From NCBI RefSeq assembly GCF_006345805.1, contig NC_043024.1:3224001-3288000 (forward strand): a DNA stretch of 64,000 bases, given 5' to 3'. The position numbers and the translations under genes were made by a program. Below the pieces are notes generated by a model that did no database searches, was not told the origin of the DNA, and worked only from the letters and a program-made list of their open reading frames with translations. This document shows, one piece after another, positions 26,946-40,124 of this stretch (positions are counted from its first letter, which is position 1; every line of letters starts with the position of its first letter). Source of the stretch: Octopus sinensis. Taxonomy: Eukaryota.

Positions 26946-27323
26946 ATATATTTATTTCGTTTTTGGATTTGGTTTGTAAGATTCTTTATGTGAGTTTGTG
27001 TGTTGAAGCACTCTCTGTTGTATCTGAGGAGAGTCATTTTCTTTTTGTGCCTTATAATTTTACTGGTGACTGTGTTAAATTATAAGGCACAAAAAGAAAA
27101 TGACTCTCCCCAGACACAACAGTATATATATATATCTATCTATATATATATATATATACGGTAGGCTTCTTTCAGTTTCTGTATACCAAATTCACTGACA
27201 AGGCTATTAGTGGAAGTTATTAGTAGAAGTCGCTTGTTGAAGGTGCCACACAGTGGATCTAACCCAGGGCCATGTGGTTGGGAAACAAGGTTCTTACCAC
27301 TCAATCACTCCTGCAGCATATAT

Positions 27324-27673
27324 ACCAGCATGCTGCCTAGCGGTTTGAATGACCAAATCACAAGTTATCACTTAAACACTAGGATGAAGGTGGACAAATG
27401 AACAAAAACTAAGAACACAATCTTAATAACAAAAATAATAAAAAATTGAAAGCCATACATTCTCATATTACCTGTAATTTCAAACTATGGGAAATACTCT
27501 TTGTTCTCATCAGTGAGCAATGCTGATCCATGGTTATAGAATTTATTCATCTCAACCAATGTGTATGTTATTGAAACGAGGTTCTTAGTTTTTGTTCATT
27601 TGCTCACTTTCACCCGTATGTGTAAATGATAACTTGTGGTTTGGTCATTCTAACCACTAGGTAGCATGCTGGT
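27324..27673. mobile_element. Inverted-repeat element (about 93-bp arms) with a central hammerhead
   Basis: 27324-27416 is the reverse complement of 27581-27673. Confidence 0.75.
27462..27517 (-). ncRNA. Type I hammerhead ribozyme, intact core
   Basis: Minus strand: ctca CTGATGA gaac-(17 nt)-gttt GAAA ttac ag gtaa TA tgag; all three stems pair. Confidence 0.72.
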
Positions 27674-28477
27674 GCTACTTGCTTGTACCTTAAATTATTA
27701 ATTGATAATTCATACCATTATAGGTTTTTTACACATGCTAAACCGCTGATATTATTATAAATAATATCCTCATATATATTTGTGCATATATATATATAGG
27801 GAAAAATACAAAATGGAACAAGAATGCAAAACATCCAGACAGTTAGGTGATACAAAAAAGGGACAACAAAACATCCAGATAGATGATTCAAAGAAAACAA
27901 GGACAGGTCATTCGGAGTTTTCTTTCTTCAGTCGAGTTCCAGATTATCTTTGCAATTTCGGCTGGTTATACTCAAGATTGCTCCAATCTGGCCAGCCCCA
28001 AGAAAAAACTAAGCTAAGAGCATTAGATTCCTTGGAAGAAAGCAGCGAATGTATACGAAAACAAGGACAGGAAAAAAAAATGGACAATGTTACACAAATA
28101 CAATAAAAATAATAACAGGACATAACAAGAGGTGTCTTTCGACTAAGGACAAATGAAATTAAGCTGGTGTGTGTAGAAATGAAGCCTTACAGCAGGGATA
28201 CTAGATTTCACAGACAGAAGGAGAAATATTGATGTTGCATGGACAACGGCCAGACCAAGAAAGATGCACACATATATTTATGCACACACACACACACATA
28301 TACACATACACAAGCATACAGGCATGCACACATATGTACACACATATGTATATATAACACACACGCACATATATATACACATAGTCATTCATACACACAC
28401 ACACACTCACACACTCATATATATGCACACACACACACACACACATTTGGTGAACTAATGCACATTCCTGACACTCC

Positions 28478-28848
28478 GTCAGTTACTACAAAGAGGGTTC
28501 CAGTTAATCTGATCAATGGAACAGCTTGCTCGTGAAATTAACGTGCAAGTGGCTGAGCACTCCACAGACACATGTACCCTTAATGTAGTTCTTGGGGAGA
28601 TTCAGTGTGACACAGAGTGTGACAAGGCTGGCCCTTTGAAATACAGGTACAACAGAAACAGGAAGAAAGAGTGAGAGAAAGTTGCAGTAAAAGAGTACAG
28701 CAGGGTTTACCACCATCCCCTGCCGGAGCCTCGTGGAGCTTTAGGTGTTTTTGCTCAATGAACACTCACAACGCCTGGTCTGGGTATTGCAATCGCAATC
28801 CTTTGATTGTGAGTCCACTGCCCTCACCACTAGGCCATTGCACCTCCA
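28478..28848 (-). mobile_element. SINE family C
   Basis: Homologous to 16120-16440 and 49598-49965. Confidence 0.85.
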
Positions 28849-29315
28849 CTCCGTACACACACACATGTATATACATATATATATATATATAATATATATA
28901 TATATATTATATATATATATATATATATACATACACATCCATTTATATGTTTATATATATATATACACACATAAATTTTTATACACACACACACACAGAC
29001 ATGCGCATCAAACATATGCACACACACACACACATTGCAGCTATCTATTCATCTGACTGTCTCTGTTTGAAAGTTATATATATTGTGTGTGTGTGTGTGT
29101 GTAAGGTATACAACAGTATATATACCACACCCACTTGTACAGTTAGTCTCTATGGAAACTGGGCTACTAGAGGCAGGAAGAAGTGACCTATATTGACCTT
29201 TTACTAATGACCTGCAATCTCTAATGTAGAGCAGATAAAAAACAAAGCTCTCCAGTACTGTGAAGGCCTCTGACACACACACACACACATGGACGCATAA
29301 ATGGGAGATATATCA

Positions 29316-29413
29316 GCATCACCACCATTATCATCATCATCATCATCGTTATCACCATCATCATCACCACCACCACCCCCACCACCACCACCACCACCAT
29401 CACCATCATCATT

Positions 29414-29469
<56 letters not shown>

Positions 29470-29515
29470 AGTTTTCATTGTCATCATCCTGTTGTTGTAT
29501 TGTCATCATCATTAT
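29316..29515. repeat. (CAT)n/(CAC)n trinucleotide microsatellite
   Basis: Directly visible; explains the poly-H/D/M ORFs. Confidence 0.95.
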
Positions 29516-29767
29516 CAGACAGTTCTTCTCTGCTGGCATGGGTGGAGGGGAATTCACAGCATCTTGCCACTCCTCACAGTCCTCCTTCTTCATCAATTGG
29601 GTCACACAACTGGGTTGCACTACAGTTTGTCAGCTGGGACTAGACTCACGAGGAGTTACCTGGACTGGTTTTTGCCTCTCTTCATTCCTGATTTATGTGT
29701 GAAAGTACACACACACACACACACATGAATATGCATATATGTACATATATATGTGTGTATATGTATA

Positions 29768-29812
<45 letters not shown>

Positions 29813-30128
29813 TGCAAACTAAATCCCAAAATGAAATATATATATATATATGTACATATATATATATCATCATCATCATCATCATCATCATCATTGTTTA
29901 ACGTCCGCTTTCCATGCTAGCATGGATTGGACGGTTCAACTGGGGTCTGGGGAGCCCGAAGGCTGCACCAGGCCAGTCAGATCTGGCAGTGTTTCTAACG
30001 CCAACCACTCCGAGAGTGTATGTATATATATATGTATGTATATATATATGTGTATGTATGTATATATATACACACAAGCGTATGCATATATACACACAAG
30101 CGTATGCATATATGTACATATATATATA

Positions 30129-30179
<51 letters not shown>

Positions 30180-30199
30180 TATATGTACATATATATATA

Positions 30200-30518
30200 T
30201 TTCATTTTTAGATTTGGTTTGCAAAATTCTTTATGTGAGTTCGTGTGTTGAAGCATATTCTGTTGTGTCTGGGGAGAGTCATTTTCTTTTTGTACCTTAT
30301 AATGTTTTTAAAATTTCCACTTATTTCTTCTTTTTATTTTCCTAAAATTTTCGTTGCATCTTGCAACCTTTTCAATAGCCCTGAAATAACAGACAGAGTC
30401 AAGACTACTGAAAAGGTTGCAAGATGCAGCGAGAATTTTAAGAGAATAAAAATAGGAAATAAGTGGAAATTTTACTGGTGAGTGTGTTAAAGAAAATGAC
30501 TCTCCCCAGACACAACAG
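30200..30518. mobile_element. Fold-back repeat family (other copies at 24972-25130 and 26954-27122)
   Basis: Arms 30260-30378 / 30405-30518; shared head TTTCGTTTTTGGATTTGGTTTGCAAG in three copies. Confidence 0.75.
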
Positions 30519-31326
30519 TGGTGGTGGTGGTGTTGGTGGTAATAGTGGTGAAAGTAATGATGACGGTGGTTGTGTTGCTACAGCTAGTGGTGGTGGTGGT
30601 GATGTTACTGCTGCTGCTGATGATGATGGTGCATGTTTCCATAGACAGAAAATGTCTACAGTCTAATCACGTCTTAGATGAGATTTGCACAATCCCCACC
30701 AACCACCACCAAACTGTTTTCAGAAAATAAATACACGTTATCTGTAGAATGGTCAAATTAATTGAAATGACACAAAAAACCTGAAATACTACCAATTTTA
30801 TTTGGTGTTTTCAGCTGTCAACATACAAACAAACAAACTTTGCTTTTTATGAGGATAGAGATAAATAATGTATGTATATTATAGACATGTATGTATGGAA
30901 GCATGTCTTCATGTTTGTTCCCACTTGACACCTGGTGATGGTGTGTTTATGTTCCCTGTAGTTCAGCAAAAGACACCAATGGAATAGGTACCAGGTTTTA
31001 CAAAAAATATGTACTGGGGTCGATTCATTTGTCTAAAGTTCTTCAAGGTGGTGCCCCAGCATGGCCACAGTCTAATGACTGAAACAAGTGAAAAAGATAA
31101 TAAAAAAAAAACAAGATACAAAGCAAATATTTTATTTTACATTCCCACTTCTCACAAGATTACTTTCGGCACAGGTGTGACTTTGGTAAGAAGCTTGCTT
31201 CCCAACCTCATAGATCAGGGTTCAGCCCCACTGTGTGACACCTTCAGCAAGTGTCTTCTACTTATAGCCTTGGGCCAACCAAAGCCTTGTGAGTGGATTT
31301 GGTAGAAAGAAACTGAAAGAAGCCTG

Positions 31327-31369
<43 letters not shown>

Positions 31370-31374
31370 AATTA

Positions 31375-32232
31375 ACAATAACCGGGGCAAAATTCAGAGA
31401 GCTTCTACCTCTGCTGGTGACAAAGGTAAACTGTATGACACATGTATGCAAACAGCCATGCTACATGGCAGTGAAACACGGGCCGTGACTGCTGAGGACA
31501 TACGTAAGCTTGCAAGGAATGAAGCCAGTATGCCCCACTGGATGTGTAATGCCAGTGTGCATACACAACAGAGAATAAGTGCTCTGAGAGAAAAGTTAGA
31601 CTTAAGAAGCATCAGATGTGGTGTGCAAGAGGGACAACTGTGCTGGTATGGTCATGTGTTGTGAATGAATGAGGACAGCTGTATGAAAAAGTGTCACACC
31701 CTTGCAGTTGAGGGAACCTGTGGAAGAGGTAGATCCAGGAAGACCTGGGATGAGGTGGTGAAGCATGACCTTCGAACATTAGGTCTCACGGAGGCAATGA
31801 CAAATGACTGAGACCTTTGGAGATATGCTGTGCTTGAGAAGACCTGACAAGCCAAGTGAGACCATAACTGTGGCCTATGCCAGTGAGTGTAACCAGCCCA
31901 CTTATGAATACCCCTCATTCATTGGACAATAAACTATACTTGCAAAGTTAAGCTAGTGAAATTGTTGTCATGGCCGATGACAGTACCACATGATTGGCAT
32001 CCATGCCAGTGGAATGTTAAAAGCACCATTCGAGTGTGATCATTGCCAGTGTCGCCTGACTGGCTCCTGTGCCAGTGACACATAGAAAAACACCATTCAA
32101 GCATTGTTGTTGCCAGTGCCAGATCAGATTGAAGCCTGGTGCAGCCTTTTGGCTTGCCAGTCCCCATTCAAACTGTCCAACCCATGCCAACATGGAAAGC
32201 GGACGTTAAACAACAACAATGATGATGATGAT
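31375..32232 (+). mobile_element. 5'-truncated RTE-clade LINE (RT C-terminus, 3' UTR, (GAT)n tail)
   Basis: MLHGSET..LCWYGHVL..GRGRSRKTWDEVVKHDL..DLWR; tail GGAAAGCGGACGTTAAAC..GATGATGAT. Confidence 0.85.
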
Positions 32233-34029
32233 GTATGTATATGTATATATTTATGTGTTTATGTGTTTGTGTCTGTTTGTCCCCGCCACCACCACCACCA
32301 TCACTTGACAACCAATAGAATAAGTCCTGGCGTGGATTTCTTCGATTAAAACTCTTTAAGGCTGTGCTCCAGCATGGCTGCAGTCAAATGACTGAAACGT
32401 GTAAAAGAATGAAAGAATAATTCCCATATTTATTTGCATTATTTATTTATCTTTCCCCCATTCCTTTTCACCTGCCTCACGTATAAATCTCGAAATTTCT
32501 CTGACCCTGGCCTACAAAGACATTCTTGTTATGTTAAAAAAAATCCTCTTGAACCACTTTGCTTTAACATACCTATACTACTTACCAACATATTTACATA
32601 TGCATCATCATCATCATCATCATCATCACTGCCGCCATCACCACCACCACTGTTACCTCCATCATCACCATCATCGTCACAGTCGTCATTGTTGTTGTCT
32701 TCATTGTCATTTAACATCTTTTTTTTTTCAAGCTGGCATTGGATAAATGACTCGACAAGAACAGACACATACATACATACATACATACATAAATATATAT
32801 ATATATATACACACACACACTTACATACAACCATACACACACCAGCTCATACATATATACAGTATATACATATACACACATGCATACATGTACACAGTAT
32901 ACACATAAGTACACATATATAATATGTATACATACACAGACCAACACACATACACCAACACACACACACACACACACACGCCAACACACACATACACACA
33001 CACACACGCCAACACACACATACACTTACCAACACACACACACATACACACCCACTCACAGACACTTTTCAGTATTGATTAGCCGTCACAAACAAGCCCT
33101 CACCCCATATTCCACATTCCACACCCCGCATAATATCTGCCACCCTCACCACACACTCTCCGCTCTATTCTCTTCAATTACGATTAAGGTTCAACTTAAG
33201 ATGACCTCTAGGAGTCATATGCAAATTACAATCCTAAATTATTTTGACTATTCTTGACATCTATATACATACACATTACATGTGTATGTGTGTGCGTGTA
33301 TATATATACATATATCATCATCATTTTAATATCCACTTTTCCATGTTTGCATGGATCAGATGGAGTTTATTGAGGTTGAATGCCCTTCCTGTGGACAACC
33401 CCCACCTGTTTCCAAGCAAGATAATATTTCCCCATTGCCAGGCATGTTCTCACAGTATACTGGAAACAATTTACACCACTTGTATAACAGTGACGCTCAT
33501 TTACAACTATCACATAATGTCAAGACAAGAAGATACAATATACACAAATACACATGCACACACACACACACACTTATATACACAAGATTCTTTTAGTTTC
33601 CGTCTGCCAAAATCCTTCACAAGATGACATACAGTGGAGCTAAAGCTGAACCCATGATGTCATTAGGAAGCAATCTTCTTTACACAGCCATATCTGGTTT
33701 TATAATTCCTATCAAGTTACATATAATCTCTAAGATATGAAACAGAAAGGACCAGCCAATCCATAGGAAGTTGTGTGAAGACTGATCCCAACTCTCTCTC
33801 TTTCTCTCCTTGTCACCAAATATGTCAAATGTTATTAACTAATTTGTTGAAAATGCTGGTTGCCTTATGAATATCCCAGGCCTTTTGTCCTTTGCAGTTT
33901 CTATTGTCTTTTGTTGTATTCCATAATCCATTATCAATATTGTACTAGAATGTCCCAGAACTTAATTAACTCTTATTCATTTATGTCATTAATTGACCAT
34001 TCCACATTATGTGTGGCAGATTTAATCAT

Positions 34030-34250
34030 CACTTGGTTTAACAACCCTTGGTTGCCTTTAGCAGAGACCACTCTGTTATCACCCTATTTAATATCACCAT
34101 ATGGCCCTTGGGGTCACCCTGTTGTCACCCAGTGTCATGGCCCTACCTGGTCCTTGGCTACCTTTAGCAGAGTCCATTCTGTTGTCACCCATTTTAATAT
34201 CACCATTTACTCTTTCGGTACTTTTAGTAGCATTGCCCAGTCTGTTGTAA
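34030..34250. repeat. Degenerate about 60-bp minisatellite
   Basis: CCTTTAGCAGAGTCCATTCTGTTGTCACCC motif; same family as 50679-51679. Confidence 0.7.
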
Positions 34251-34299
34251 GTATTCAGGTTGAGTCTTCTGTCTTGGTTCTTCTGGCTCTAAACCAGTC

Positions 34300-35010
34300 A
34301 ATTTCTTTATTAACCATGAGGTTCAGAAAAAGAGGGGACAATACGAGGACATACAAAACAAACATTGGGGTCAGGGTATCGAATGAGACGAAACGTATGA
34401 ATAAACAAACAATTAAAATAAATACAATTAAATGAGAATGAGTGATTAACAAAAAATGAAGCGGAGGACACGGTCGACCCCACAAACCACATACTCACAC
34501 TGAAGGCTTTGCTTTCTCCTTTTTATATTCTCATTTAAACAGGTTCTTTCACTCGCAACATACTTCATAAACATACTTTTCATTAACATATTTTTATGAA
34601 ACACTTTGCGACAGGCATTTCTTCTCTAGCCTTATTTTCCGTTTCATGGGGAAAACGAAAAAGTCGATTAGCTCGAGACTGGAGATGAACATGCCTGATG
34701 CAATTCCTTTCACTCTCATCTTCCATACTACCTCTTTCGCAGCAGCAACTACCGAGAGAAAACAGGCTCGCTCCTTTCTATTCAGGGAGGTCGGCAGAAT
34801 GATCTTAGAGATTCGCTCGACAGTTGTACTCTTCTCGAATGCGACAGCAGGTGTTCAACACAAGCCCAGAGCTCAGTCATCTTGAGGCATTGCACAATCG
34901 TGTGCAGGACAGTTTCACTGTCCTGCTCGTATCTTGCACAAACCGGCGAAGACACTCACCCATGTCTAAAGACCTTATCTCGGTCATGGACAAACTGTAG
35001 CCCTTGGGAC
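34300..35010 (-). mobile_element. L1/Tx1-type LINE 3' fragment
   Basis: Minus strand RDKVFRHG*VSSPVCARYEQDSETVLHTIVQC..LW..AAAKEVVWKMR (decayed zf-RVT CCHC knuckle), then AATAAA near 34305; locally CpG-rich. Confidence 0.7.
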
Positions 35011-35966
35011 TTTTTAAATAGCATGCCTAACAAAAAAAAAAAACAGTCTCCTTCAATTTTTTTTTATTAGTGCAGCCCTTCTGATGATAAGCCATGGCTC
35101 ATCATCTGATGATGAATCATGATTCATGTGGCCCACTTCTCAAAATAGATTTTCCATGCTTGCTATAATTCATTATCTACATCCTTTCCTTATTTAAAAT
35201 ATTAGGATGTAATTTGAGGGGGAATTAGCTACTATTTCTCACTCATCAAACAACCTAATAAGACCACCTTCTTTGTATGATAATACCCTCCTTGTTATAA
35301 TTACAAACCAGTAATTAACTTATATGATTGCTGCCCAACCCTAACGCGACCACATGGAAAAGAACACACAAATAAAAGTAAATAAATGGGCCAAATGTTA
35401 TTGCATATTTAAAACAAAATATTAACCAATGATATTTTGATCAAATCAACCATTTTATACATCCTTCAATTGTTTAAACATTACAATATTGCTTTCTGTG
35501 GTGTCCTCATACGCAAGCACACAATATCCTTCCTCAATGCTCAATGCCTCCTTGTTGCTTTAGCCCCCCCTTTCCTCATGCCCTGAACCAACATGACATG
35601 ATCCAATGTCTGATGGTCTTCCTCTCTCTGTCTCCGTCTCTCTCTTTCTCTGTCTCTCTCTCTCTCTCCTCTCCCTCTCACTTCATCTCTATCTCCTTGT
35701 CTCCAATTAGAAATCTATTTATGGAGCTCTTGCAGGGTGTATGTGCTTCTGTGTATACTTGTGTAAATGTGTGTGTGAATGTGTGTGTGAATGTGTGTGT
35801 GAATGTGTGTGTGAATGTGTGTGTGTGTGGCAGGGATATATACATAAATGTATGTATATATACATGTGTGTGTATGTGCATATAGGTTGATATTTAGCTA
35901 TATAAATATGTATATATATGTGTGTGTGTGTGTGTACCTGTATATGCATGTAAATATATATTGTGC

Positions 35967-36019
<53 letters not shown>

Positions 36020-36049
36020 TATACATGTGTGTATGTATATATATATATG

Positions 36050-36081
<32 letters not shown>

Positions 36082-36675
36082 ACTATATCATCTATACACA
36101 AATTTATGCATATTTATTCACAGATATTTTCTTTCTACTTCACTTTCTACTCTCTCTCTCTCTCTCTCTTCTCACACACACACACACAAAACAAACTATC
36201 CCTTTTTTTCATTTTGTTGGTCAAAGCAAAACGTCCAGTTCGTTAGGAAACACTAAGTAAATTAAACATATTGTTCCTCATTAACATTAAATTCTCATTA
36301 AATTCTGGCCTCCTTCAGTCATACGATCAGACCTAACAAAATATATATCAAACCTACCTACTTATAAGCCAATCGCCAGAGAAATTCTGATTCCCTCTTA
36401 ACTTTTGTATAAATATTGGTTAAATATTCTTGCTTAGAAGTGTTGCGTGGTCTGTGAGTTAATGTTTGATTTTCTTTGCTGGGATTCTGGATTTTTTTCA
36501 TTCATTCACACAACACATGTGATATATATTTGTGTGTGTATATATATTTGTGTTTATAACCGAGGTTATGTATGTATATACATATGTGTCTATGTATATG
36601 TGTATGGATATGTGTGTCTATGTATCTGTACATACGTATCAAAATAGATGAACATCAATGGAATTTGTATCTTTG

Positions 36676-38720
36676 TGGTACCAGTGCCGGTGGGACACAA
36701 GAATACCATCCGAACGTGGGCGTAGCCAGTACCGCACCGACTGGCCTCCAATGCTGTGGGCACGTAACAATCACCACCCAATCGTGGCCGATCGCCAGCC
36801 AAATCTGGCTCCTGTGTCGGTGGCACATAAAAAGACACCATCCGAGCGTGGTCGTCTGCCCTCCTTGTCTGGCACCTGTGTCGGTGGCACATAAAAACAC
36901 CATCCGAGCGTGGCCGTTCGCCAGCCTCGTCTGGCACCTGTGTCAGTGGCACATAAAAACACCATCCGAGCGTGGTCGTCTGCTAGCCTTGTCTGGCACC
37001 TGTGTCGGTGGCACATAAAAACACCATCCGAGCGTGGCCGTTCGCCAGCCTCGTCTGGCACCTGTGTCGGTGGCACATAAAAACACCATCCGAGCGTGGT
37101 CGTCTGCTAGCCTTGTCTGGCACCTGTGTCGGTGGCACATAAAAACACCATCCGAGCGTGGCCGTTCGCCAGCCTCATCTGGCACCTGTGTCGGTGGCAC
37201 ATAAAAACACCATCCGAGCGTGGTCGTCTGCCAGCCTTGTCTGGCACCTGTGTCGGTGGCACATAAAAACAACATCCAAGCGTGGTCGTTCGCCAGCCTC
37301 GTCTGGCACCTGTGTCGGTGGCACATAAAAACACCATCCGAGCGTGGCCGTTCGCCAGCCTCGTCTGGCACCTGTGTCGGTGGCACATAAAAACACCATC
37401 CGAGCGTGGTCGTCTGCCAGCCTTGTCTGGCACCTGTGTCGGTGGCACATAAAAACACCATCCGAGCGTGGTCGTTCGCCATCCTCGTCTGGCACCTGTG
37501 TCGGTGGCACATAAAAAAAAAAAAACACCATCCGAGCGTGGTCGTCTGCCAGCCTTGTCTGGCACCTGTGTCGGTGGCACATAAAAACACCATCCGAGCG
37601 TGGCTGTTCGCCAGCCTCGTCTGGCACCTGTGTCGGTGGCACATAAAAACACCATCCGAGCGTGGTCGTCTGCCAGCCTTGTCTGGCACCTGTGTCGGTG
37701 GCACATAAAAACACCATCCGAGCGTGGCCGTTCGCCAGCCTCGTCTGGCACCTGTGTCGGTGGTACATAAAAAACACCATCCGAGCGTGGTCGTCTGCTA
37801 GCCTTGTCTGGCACCTGTGTCGGTGGCACATAAAAACACCATCCGAGCGTGGCCGTTCGCCAGCCTCGTCTGGCACCTGTGTCGGTGGCACATAAAAACA
37901 CCATCCGAGCGTGGTCGTCTGCCAGCCTTGTCTGGCACCTGTGTCGGTGGCACATAAAAACACCATCCGAGCGTGGTCGTTCGCCAGCCTCGTCTGGCAC
38001 CTGTGTCGGTGGCACATAAAAAAAAAAAAAACACCATCCGAGCGTGGCCGTTCGCCAGCCTCATCTGGCACCTGTGTCGGTGGCACATAAAAACACCATC
38101 CGAGCGTGTTCGTCTGCCAGCCTTGTCTGGCACCTGTGTCGGTGGCACATAAAAACACCATCCGAGCGTGGCTGTTCGCCAGCCTCGTCTGGCACCTGTG
38201 TCGGTGGCACATAAAAACACCATCCGAGCGTGGTCGTCTGCCAGCCTTGTCTGGCACCTGTGTCGGTGGCACATAAAAACACCATCCGAGCGTGGCCGTT
38301 CGCCAGCCTCGTCTGGCACCTGTGTCGGTGGCACATAAAAACACCATCCGAGCGTGGTCGTCTGCTAGCCTTGTCTGGCACCTGTGTCGGTGGCACATAA
38401 AAACACCATCCGAGCGTGGCCGTTCGCCAGCCTCGTCTGGCACCTGTGTCGGTGGCACATAAAAACCACCATCCGAGCGTGGTCGTCTGCCAGCCTTGTC
38501 TGGCACCTGTGTCGGTGGCACATAAAAACACCATCCGAGCGTGGTCGTTCGCCAGCCTCGTCTGGCACCTGTGTCGGTGGCACATAAAAAAAAAAAAACA
38601 CCATCCGAGCGTGGTCGTCTGCCAGCCTTGTCTGGCACCTGTGTCGGTGACACATAAAAACACCATCCGAGCGTGGCTGTTCGCCAGCCTCGTCTGGCAC
38701 CTGTGTCGGTGGCACATAAA
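36676..38720 (+). repeat. 62-bp tandem array, about 31 units, with higher-order structure
   Basis: Unit TGGCACCTGTGTCGGTGGCACATAAAAACACCATCCGAGCGTGG plus an 18-nt variant; two diverged units at the 5' end. Confidence 0.97.
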
Positions 38721-38888
38721 ATCACCCACTACACTCTCGGAGTGGTTGGCGTTAGGAAGGGCATCCAGCTGTAGAAACACTGCCAGATCTGACTGGCCTG
38801 GTGCAGCCTTCGGGCTCCCCAGACACCAGTTGAACCGTCCAACCCATGCTAGCATGGAAAGCAGACGTTAAATGATGATGATGATGAT
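38720..38888 (+). mobile_element. RTE-type LINE 3' terminus contiguous with the 62-bp array
   Basis: Matches 32115-32232 and the minus-strand copy 29870-30017; ends in (GAT)n. Confidence 0.8.
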
Positions 38889-39096
38889 ATATATATATAT
38901 TTATTTATGTTTATATATATATTCCAAGAGAGTTAGGGGTAGTGAATTCGACCAACTAAGGGATAATATCTATCCAATATACTGCTGGTAGAATACCCAA
39001 TTATTAATACACAAGTGTTTTCTTTATTGCATTGCAATTGCATTACCGAGTGTACTAAATGTGTGAGGGTAAAGAGTTATTTTACCATTAATTTAT

Positions 39097-39507
39097 AGAG
39101 CAATAAAGAAATGGAGGGGATCAATAGGTGGTAGTCATCAACTTTTAGACAGTATATTATGTTAACTTATATATTTATTTACTAAAATGACAATTACAAG
39201 AATATACATTCATGTATAACATATTATGCTTTACATATAAAATATATTAATATATAACGATACCAGTAATTATTAAAATATAACATACAGGAATATAAAG
39301 GAATATAAATTGGGAAATTCCTGTATGTTATATTTTAATAATTACTGGTAACTTTATATATTAATATATTTTATATGTAAAGCATATGTTATACATGTAT
39401 GTATATTCTTGTAATTGTCATTTTAGTAAATAAATAAATAAATAGACATAATATAATGTCTAAAAGTTGATGAATACCACCTATTGATCCCATCCATTTT
39501 CTTATTG

Positions 39508-39511
<4 letters not shown>
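39097..39511. repeat. Long AT-rich inverted repeat (about 197-bp arms, about 22-nt spacer)
   Basis: 39097-39294 is the reverse complement of 39317-39511 with few mismatches. Confidence 0.9.
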
Positions 39512-39594
<83 letters not shown>

Positions 39595-40124
39595 ACAGAC
39601 ATACACACACAGCACATATTATTAACATACACAAATATTCCATATTGTGACTAAACACCCAACCACAAAACATATTTCTTAAATTGTCAGTCTGCTCTTG
39701 TAATATATTTGAATGGCTGTGAAGAGAACGATTTTAAAGGGTAGCCAATGCCTGGCTGTTTACCTCAATAGCAGGAGTGAGGTGTTTAATCCTTGCCCAC
39801 ATGAAAGGAAGTACATCCTATCGTACCTGTGTGCCCCAACAGGACTGCAACCACAGGTCCCCAGCCTTGACCTTCCACTAATGCTCTCAGACCTGACAAA
39901 GAGTTTGACCAAAGCACACACCAATGCATCCATGCACACAGACGCACACCCCTATAATGTGGAGACCCCACAAAATAGACTGTTTCCCACCCCCACCCCC
40001 AACATATACCCCTTCACACACATTTTACCCCCACACATATATATACATCCCCATGACCTTATCCTTTCCAGAAAGGAAACAGACCAATGAACACAGTTTT
40101 ATATACCTACACCCCCAGAAAAAA

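Noticed and set aside
27790-28265. Repeat-like segment with CTGAAGA on the minus strand and a 108-aa ORF
   Set aside because: No hammerhead fold could be completed and no protein motif was recognised.
29204-29643. Poly-His, poly-Asp/Gly and poly-Met ORFs
   Set aside because: (CAT/CAC)n microsatellite without splice or homology support.
33860-34435. 191-aa plus-strand ORF
   Set aside because: Non-ATG start; runs through the 60-bp minisatellite and the antisense of a LINE 3' UTR.
35081-35130. Two CTGATGA motifs with short palindromes
   Set aside because: No downstream GAAA/UH or closing stem I, so not a hammerhead.
36676-38720. CRISPR-like array (constant repeat plus variable spacer)
   Set aside because: The 18-nt variable parts are recurring point variants of one sequence, not unique spacers; no cas genes; eukaryotic context; contiguous with a LINE tail.
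36943-38855. Long minus-strand ORFs (up to 516 aa) over the 62-bp array
   Set aside because: All three frames are open simply because the unit lacks stops on that strand; A-run slippage shifts frames freely, so there is no sign of coding constraint.
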